From an uncultured Bdellovibrio sp. (GTDB taxonomy: Bacteria; Bdellovibrionota; Bdellovibrionia; Bdellovibrionales; Bdellovibrionaceae): a DNA stretch of 64,000 bases. The position numbers were made by a program, and so were the translations under genes. Numbering within the stretch: position 1 is the first letter of the stretch; each line of letters starts with the position of its first letter. The notes beneath the pieces were generated by a model that ran no database searches, had not been told where the DNA came from, and saw only the letters and a program-made list of their open reading frames with translations. This document shows positions 57,979-64,000 of this stretch, piece by piece. Location: positions 32,001 through 96,000 of the forward strand of contig CAWVRN010000005.1 of assembly GCA_963932905.1 (NCBI GenBank). The letters run 5' to 3'.

Positions 57979-60154
57979 ATTTTTCTAACCACGTATTAGG
58001 GAAGTCAAACGCTTGATTTTGAAAATAGATGCGTTCATAGAACATCATATTTCTAAGTATCAATTTGATATAGGTACGTGTTTCTTCGTATGGAATCTCT
58101 TCAATAAATTCGATCACATTGTCACGATTGCGAACCTGCAACCAACCCTTATAAGCGGCTGAAGAGGCGTTGTAGCCGGCGATAGAAGGTATGAAACGCC
58201 CTTGGTTTGCAGTAAGTAAGTTTTTAAGTTCTTTTGTGCCCAGAGCAATATTTACCCTAGGATCGAATAGATCAAATTCGTTTCGATAGCTGATTCCTTG
58301 TTCCCCGGCACTCAGTTTCTTTGCCAAATTTGGCATCAGTTGTAACAACCCCAAGGCATCGACCGAACTGCGAGCATAGGGATTAAACGCAGATTCCTGT
58401 CGCATAATTGAATAGACAAAACTCATAGGAACATTTCTAAGCTGACTGTTTTTCTGAACGTCATCAAAAAATGGTTTTGGAAAAAGCAGCTCGGGGAAAG
58501 AATACGTGATTGTATTTTTTTGCTCGCTTGTTAGCGCTTGAATCGAATTTAACAAATTTTGATATTGCCCAGATTGTGAGTACAGTAGCAAGATTGGCAA
58601 GTAGTTAGTTAAAACCTCTCTTTCAAGAACCTTAGACCAGCTTTGCAGGACATCGTTTTGTTCAAGACTAATCAGCCAAAGGACTTCGGAAATTTCACTT
58701 TCGGATAAATTGTTTTTTAAATTCTCTACTAAAAATTCGCGTTTATTACTTAACGATGATTTTTTTAATAATGGAATAGGTTCTTTTAGATCACGATAGG
58801 AAAGTAGAGTGTAGAACGACAATGGTTCTTTTTTTCTTAAGTTTAGCAGAACCTCTTTATAAACATCTTCTTTGCCAAGCTTTAAGTTTGCATGAGCTAA
58901 CCAATATAGATATTTTGAATCCGATTCACCGCCCAACTTGTCGGTAATTTCCTGAAGTGAATTTTTGGCGGCTTCATATTTCCTATTTTTGTATTCTAAC
59001 CAAGCCAAACTCCAAAGATTCTTTTCGAACAAAGAATTTTTTGTCTTAATCAGCGGATCTTTTTTCATCGGCGACTGATCATGGCTTTGCTGATAAAGTG
59101 ATTTCGCTTTTTCGTAGTCTTTCTTTTCGTCGTAAATGCGTCCCAGTGTATAGGAAGCTTCCTCTTTTAAACTATTCGCAATTTTTTTCTTTTCATAGGC
59201 TTCTAGTACATCGACTGCTTTGCCTGTTTGTGATTCTGTCCATAACCAGCGAGCTTTTAAGATTTCCCATTCATTCATCCATGAATCATGTTCAGAATTT
59301 TTCTTTTGAGTATGGATCCATTTTCCCCAGCGCTCTATAAGGGCCCATTGATCTTGCTTGTTTTGAGTCGTTTTATGTATTCTGAAAATAGTTTTGAATG
59401 CTTTAAATTTTTGGTCCGCTTTGATATTTTTAGACCGAATTATTTCATTGAGGCGTTTGATTGCATCTTTGAATGAGCGATCTTTGATTAAATCCAAACT
59501 AATGTCATAGCTGTTTTTCAAAATGTCGGGTAGGTACTGCGGAAACTCGCGTTTTAATTCATAGTTTACCAAATTAACAAGTTTTTCATTATTCAGTCGT
59601 TTAGCTTCATCCAAAAGTTTTAAATACGTTTGTTTTTTTGTCTGGCGATCTTTTTCTTCTGAATTCACTTCAAGAAGTAAAATAAACTTTGTTTCTTGAT
59701 TGTTTTCAGCAACCGCTTTTGTGAGTTCAATTTCTTTAAGCCATTTTTTGTATACTATTTTTTGTTTTTCCGTCAGCGGAATTTCGATTTCTGATTTTCC
59801 AGGGCAACGAGTTTTAACTAGTAAGCCGGAATAAGTATTTAGGGGGAACTGTTTGTCTTGATAAAGATCTTCAAGCAGTTTACACGCCGTTGGAATTTGA
59901 GTTTGATCTTGCAAGTACATTTGCGACCAGTGAAATTGCAGCCACCATTTTTTATTCAGGCTAGATTCCTTGATCATGGATTCCCATGATGCGGCCGATT
60001 TTAGTTGTGTTACTTCCGTTTCATTCGGAGGAAGGGTGCTAAGTTCTGCCGTTGGCTTTTGTTTATCTTTAGAAAATGTACACGACGTTGTTAAAATCGT
60101 TGCCGTTGAGAGTGCTAAAAAACAAAACCCAGATTTCCAAGTGGTCTTTTTCAT
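57977..60154 (-). CDS. Slt-family lytic transglycosylase lipoprotein with TPR-like repeats
   Basis: TTS-C lipobox; IMRQESAFNP, GLLQLMP, GYNA, IPYEETRTY. Confidence 0.92.
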   Translation of the reverse strand: MKKTTWKSGFCFLALSTATILTTSCTFSKDKQKPTAELSTLPPNETEVTQLKSAASWESMIKESSLNKKWWLQFHWSQMYLQDQTQIPTACKLLEDLYQDKQFPLNTYSGLLVKTRCPGKSEIEIPLTEKQKIVYKKWLKEIELTKAVAENNQETKFILLLEVNSEEKDRQTKKQTYLKLLDEAKRLNNEKLVNLVNYELKREFPQYLPDILKNSYDISLDLIKDRSFKDAIKRLNEIIRSKNIKADQKFKAFKTIFRIHKTTQNKQDQWALIERWGKWIHTQKKNSEHDSWMNEWEILKARWLWTESQTGKAVDVLEAYEKKKIANSLKEEASYTLGRIYDEKKDYEKAKSLYQQSHDQSPMKKDPLIKTKNSLFEKNLWSLAWLEYKNRKYEAAKNSLQEITDKLGGESDSKYLYWLAHANLKLGKEDVYKEVLLNLRKKEPLSFYTLLSYRDLKEPIPLLKKSSLSNKREFLVENLKNNLSESEISEVLWLISLEQNDVLQSWSKVLEREVLTNYLPILLLYSQSGQYQNLLNSIQALTSEQKNTITYSFPELLFPKPFFDDVQKNSQLRNVPMSFVYSIMRQESAFNPYARSSVDALGLLQLMPNLAKKLSAGEQGISYRNEFDLFDPRVNIALGTKELKNLLTANQGRFIPSIAGYNASSAAYKGWLQVRNRDNVIEFIEEIPYEETRTYIKLILRNMMFYERIYFQNQAFDFPNTWLEK

Positions 60155-60229
60155 ATGTTTATTATGATATGACCAAGGAAATCTGGGAACGTTTTTTTGA
60201 ACTAAAAATGCTTAACTAGTCGCTTGAAA

Positions 60230-61123
60230 TTAAGCCCTCTGAAGGGCTTGGATTCTAACTTCCAAGTCCGGATGCGTTTTAAATAACGCCATCAAGCCAC
60301 CTTTACCACGATTTGAAATTTTCATGGTAGCTAACATATCTTTCTCTTCACCATCGTAAGGAGTTTGATACACGGCCTGTAGTCTGCGTAACGCTGCGAT
60401 CATGTTCTGACGTCCAGAATACTGAGCGCCACCTTTGTCCGCACGGAATTCACGCTGACGAGAGAAGTAGCTTACAACCATTGAACCCAGCAACGTAAAT
60501 AAAATGTCACCGACTATGGTTACAGCAAAGTAAACAATGTGACGTAACTTTTCATCAACACTGTTAGAAATAATGTTGGCTAGAATTCTAGAGAAGAACA
60601 TCGAGAATGTATTCACAACGCCAGTGATTAACGTCAATGTAACCATATCGCCGTTTGCGATGTGGGCAATTTCGTGTCCCAGAACACCATCTACTTCGTC
60701 GTCACTCATGCGACGAAGAAGACCAGTTGAAACCGCCACCAACGCATTGCTTTTTGAAGGTCCAGTCGCAAAAGCATTTACGTCATCAGATTCATAGATC
60801 CCAACTTCGGGTGGGCGAGGCAAGCCGGCACGACGAGCTAACTCGTGTACGCGACCAACCAAACTTCGTAATGTTGGATCATTAGTGTGTGGATCAATTG
60901 TTTTTACACCCGCTGACCACTTCGCCATCACTTTGGATAACATCAGGGAAATGAGTGCGCCACCAAAACCAAATAGCGAACAGAAAACCAGCAGCGAGCC
61001 CATGGATTGGCGGATACCTTCAAGACCAAAGAAAGCAGAAATCAACGACCAGGCGATACTGATGGTCACAATAACCAAAAGATTCGTTAACAGGAATAAA
61101 CCGATACGTTTAAACATTTGCAT
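60230..61123 (-). CDS. htpX: Zinc metalloprotease HtpX (M48)
   Basis: NAFATG, HEIAHIANGDMVT, FSRQREFRAD, THP. Confidence 0.96.
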   Translation of the reverse strand: MQMFKRIGLFLLTNLLVIVTISIAWSLISAFFGLEGIRQSMGSLLVFCSLFGFGGALISLMLSKVMAKWSAGVKTIDPHTNDPTLRSLVGRVHELARRAGLPRPPEVGIYESDDVNAFATGPSKSNALVAVSTGLLRRMSDDEVDGVLGHEIAHIANGDMVTLTLITGVVNTFSMFFSRILANIISNSVDEKLRHIVYFAVTIVGDILFTLLGSMVVSYFSRQREFRADKGGAQYSGRQNMIAALRRLQAVYQTPYDGEEKDMLATMKISNRGKGGLMALFKTHPDLEVRIQALQRA

Positions 61124-61218
61124 AGAATAAGCTCCTCATGACTTTGTATTAATAAAGCCTTCTGAATCAATCTTGAGGACCTTTTAAAATTTGTCAATAA
61201 GACAGCGTAAGTATGTTT

Positions 61219-63534
61219 TTACACTGTCTCAGGACGGTTTTTAGAGCTAATTAACGGTGTATGACTGGTGCTAAAATGGAACTTCAGAGCTGACTGTTCC
61301 AGTTCGATAATCACTTTTCCGCCGTCGGTTAGGCGACCAAAGAGAAGCTCATCCACCAAAGGTTTCTTGAAATGCTCTTCCACTGCGCGAGCCATCGGAC
61401 GTGCGCCATAGGCACGATCGTAACCTTTTTTTGCCAACCATTTCATGGCATCTGGAGAAACAATCAATTCGATTTTTTTCTCGGCCAAATTCATTTTTAA
61501 ATCATCTACAAATTTGAACGCTACTTTCACGATGATGTCTTCACTTAGATCTTTAAAATGAACGACGGCATCAAGACGATTTAAAAACTCGGGCGCAAAT
61601 GCTTTCTTAATTGCCTCTTGGCTTAAACGTGAACTTCCCTCGTCAACTAAACCGATGCTGCCTTTGGAAACTTCAAATGCACCGGCATTTGTTGTTAGTA
61701 CAACAATCGTGTTCCTAAAGTCAGCAACACGGCCTTGAGAATCGGTTAGGCGACCTGCATCCATTACTTGAAGTAAAGAGTGAGTGATGTCTGGATGCGC
61801 TTTTTCAATTTCATCTAGTAGGATGACTGAATACGGTTGTTTACTGATAGCTTCTGTTAATAGTCCACCAGATTCATATCCTACATATCCCGGAGGCGCA
61901 CCGATCAGTTTCGCTACGGAATGTTTTTCCATATATTCACTCATGTCAAAACGATGGAATGGAAGCCCCAAGATTTGGGCTAGCTGTTTACAAACTTCCG
62001 TTTTACCAACACCCGTAGGTCCTGCGAACAGGTAACTTCCGATTGGTTTGTCCGGGCGACCTAGTCCGCTGCGGGCTAGTTTCACGCTCGAAGCTAACTT
62101 ATCGATTGCATCGTCTTGGCCGTAGATAAGTGCTTTTAGTTTTTTATCTAGGTCTTTAAGTTTAATGCGTTCGTTAGAAGAAATTTGTGCCAAAGGTAAA
62201 CCTGTCATCTGAGCAATCGTTTCTTCGATAGCTTCGACAGTCACCGCAGCGGGTTCTTCATTTTGATTTTTTAGTTTTAAACTGCTGCCGCATTCATCCA
62301 TCACATCGATGGCTTTATCTGGTAGTAATTTTCCAGAAATATGTTTCTGTGATAAATCGATAGCGGCTTTTAAAGCTTCCATCGAGTATTTAACGTTATG
62401 AAACTTTTCATACTGAGGCGCTAGGCCTTTTAAAATTTCTAAACAATCGCTGACAGATGGTTCGCCCACATCCAAACGTTGGAAGCGGCGATTAAGCGCG
62501 CGATCTTTTTCAAAGTACTGACGGTATTCTGTGTGAGTCGTTGACCCGACACAGGAAACTTCGCCATTCGCAAGAGCGGGTTTTAGTAAATTAGAGGCAT
62601 CTAAACTGCCGCCGCTAGTTGCGCCGGCGCCGACAAGCGTGTGAATTTCGTCAATGAATAAAACGAAGTCAGGATTTTTCTTAATTTCCTTAACGACGGC
62701 TTTAATACGATTTTCAAAATCACCACGGAATTTAGTTCCCGCTAACAGTGATCCCATGTCTAGCGAGTAGATCACTTTGTTTCTTAAGGATTCAGGAACG
62801 TCACCTTCAACGATTTTTTTTGCCAGGCCTTCAACAACCGCTGTTTTTCCAACTCCAGGTTCGCCAATTAGTAGGGGATTGTTTTTAGTTCTGCGAGCAA
62901 GGATTTGAGTCATTCGAGTGATTAAGTCATGACGACCAATCAAAGGATCGACTTTTCCGTTGCGTGCCTTTTCATTTAGGTTCGCGCAAAATTGCTCAAG
63001 AACATTTACTTTTGCATCATCTGCGGGCTGACCATCAAATTCTTTTTTTACCTGGTCTTCAGCATCATTAAACTCAGGATCCTTTTGGATTCCATGCGAA
63101 ATAAAGTTAATGATGTCAAACTGACTGATGCCTTGTTTTGAAAGCGAGAATACCGCGTGAGAATCTTGTTCATAAAAAAATGAAACTAAAAGATTGCCCT
63201 CGGTGATTTGGTTCTTGCCGGCGCTTTTCATTTGTAGAGCTGATCGTTGAATCAATCGATGGCAGGCTAGAGTAAACTCGGGAGTCCAAGATTCGTAACC
63301 ACCGTAGCTTTCTAATTGATCCTCTGTAATTTCAGGAGTGTTGTTTTCCAAATAGTTTAGTAAGTCTTTTTTAAGATCGGGAATTTTAACGCCGCACGCT
63401 TCTAAGATTTCTACCGAGCGCGGCGACTGAGCTAAACTGTATAGAATATGTTCAAGAGTCACAAACTCATGACGCTGTTTTTTAGCCATTTCCGTAGCTT
63501 CAGCCAATCGACGTTCTAATTCTCTTGTCATCAT
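61219..63534 (-). CDS. clpA: ATP-dependent Clp protease ATPase ClpA
   Basis: [10 protein letters not shown]-domain; two AAA modules ([16 protein letters not shown]); no M-domain; downstream of clpS. Confidence 0.96.
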   Translation of the reverse strand: MMTRELERRLAEATEMAKKQRHEFVTLEHILYSLAQSPRSVEILEACGVKIPDLKKDLLNYLENNTPEITEDQLESYGGYESWTPEFTLACHRLIQRSALQMKSAGKNQITEGNLLVSFFYEQDSHAVFSLSKQGISQFDIINFISHGIQKDPEFNDAEDQVKKEFDGQPADDAKVNVLEQFCANLNEKARNGKVDPLIGRHDLITRMTQILARRTKNNPLLIGEPGVGKTAVVEGLAKKIVEGDVPESLRNKVIYSLDMGSLLAGTKFRGDFENRIKAVVKEIKKNPDFVLFIDEIHTLVGAGATSGGSLDASNLLKPALANGEVSCVGSTTHTEYRQYFEKDRALNRRFQRLDVGEPSVSDCLEILKGLAPQYEKFHNVKYSMEALKAAIDLSQKHISGKLLPDKAIDVMDECGSSLKLKNQNEEPAAVTVEAIEETIAQMTGLPLAQISSNERIKLKDLDKKLKALIYGQDDAIDKLASSVKLARSGLGRPDKPIGSYLFAGPTGVGKTEVCKQLAQILGLPFHRFDMSEYMEKHSVAKLIGAPPGYVGYESGGLLTEAISKQPYSVILLDEIEKAHPDITHSLLQVMDAGRLTDSQGRVADFRNTIVVLTTNAGAFEVSKGSIGLVDEGSSRLSQEAIKKAFAPEFLNRLDAVVHFKDLSEDIIVKVAFKFVDDLKMNLAEKKIELIVSPDAMKWLAKKGYDRAYGARPMARAVEEHFKKPLVDELLFGRLTDGGKVIIELEQSALKFHFSTSHTPLISSKNRPETV

Positions 63535-63561
63535 ATGCGACCTCTTTTGTGATCTTTTTGT

Positions 63562-63903
63562 TTAAGTTTCCTCTAAAATACTTTTTAGAGGGTACTGATT
63601 AAGTTGTGCAAACTGATTTGTTTGCATCACTTTCATCTCTGCAATTTCAAGTGTGTAAACGCCGGCTGTGCCAGCACCTTTTTGGTGTACATCCAGCATA
63701 ATTTTGATCGCGTCTTCTTCTTTTTTACCGAAGAACTTTTTCAAAACTAAAACGACAAAGTCCATAGGGGTGTAATCATCGTTCATTAATATGACTTGAT
63801 ACATCTTTGGAGTATCCACTTTAGGAATAACTTGAACCGAAGAGTCCCCATCAGGAGTAAAAGGTAAGTTTTTATTATCTTGAGACATCCTTATTTCCAT
63901 CAT
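63562..63903 (-). CDS. clpS: Clp protease adaptor ClpS
   Basis: YQVILMNDDYTPMDFV, MLDVHQKG, EIAEMK, YPL. Start may be ATG 63888. Confidence 0.96.
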   Translation of the reverse strand: MMEIRMSQDNKNLPFTPDGDSSVQVIPKVDTPKMYQVILMNDDYTPMDFVVLVLKKFFGKKEEDAIKIMLDVHQKGAGTAGVYTLEIAEMKVMQTNQFAQLNQYPLKSILEET

Positions 63904-64000
63904 TCTTTAAGTTTAATCTTGCGTTTAGACCCTGTCTATCTGGTTCGTAGACGGATCTATAATTTAGTATGTGCATAGATTTTAAAAGCACCAGGTGGAT

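Overview
A gene-dense, AT-leaning (about 40% GC by eye) bacterial chromosomal segment. Gene repertoire and protein style suggest a Bdellovibrionota-like organism, but this is inferred, not proven. About 50 CDS are present, mostly housekeeping: hisS, greB, exbBD-tonB plus a TonB-dependent receptor, moxR-DUF58-transglutaminase, iscS/iscA, class II RNR nrdJ, mgtE, folE, an OmpR-family two-component system, tatA-selD-mnmH, argCJB, FKBP, pdxH, pcp, apaG, M17 aminopeptidase, Slt, htpX, clpA and clpS. I saw no rRNA, tRNA, CRISPR array, integrase or transposase. The best candidates for undescribed biology are as follows. (1) A coupled three-gene operon of a FecR-FN3 membrane protein, an FN3 plus beta-barrel outer-membrane protein and a sensor-HAMP adenylate cyclase, behind a sigma28-like promoter; it looks like a trans-envelope cAMP signalling chain. 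(2) A subtilase anchored by a GGCG-TM segment and fused to a cytoplasmic PilZ domain, with a promoter of the same type. (3) Two intergenic nested-palindrome (REPIN/MITE-like) elements, one with a perfect 40-bp stem. (4) A LexA/CI-like autocleavable repressor switch with a perfect 28-bp operator but no phage genes. (5) A eukaryote-style ABCC/MRP transporter split into two genes and coupled to a PHD-like oxygenase. (6) A TonB receptor with an apparent codon-usage break.
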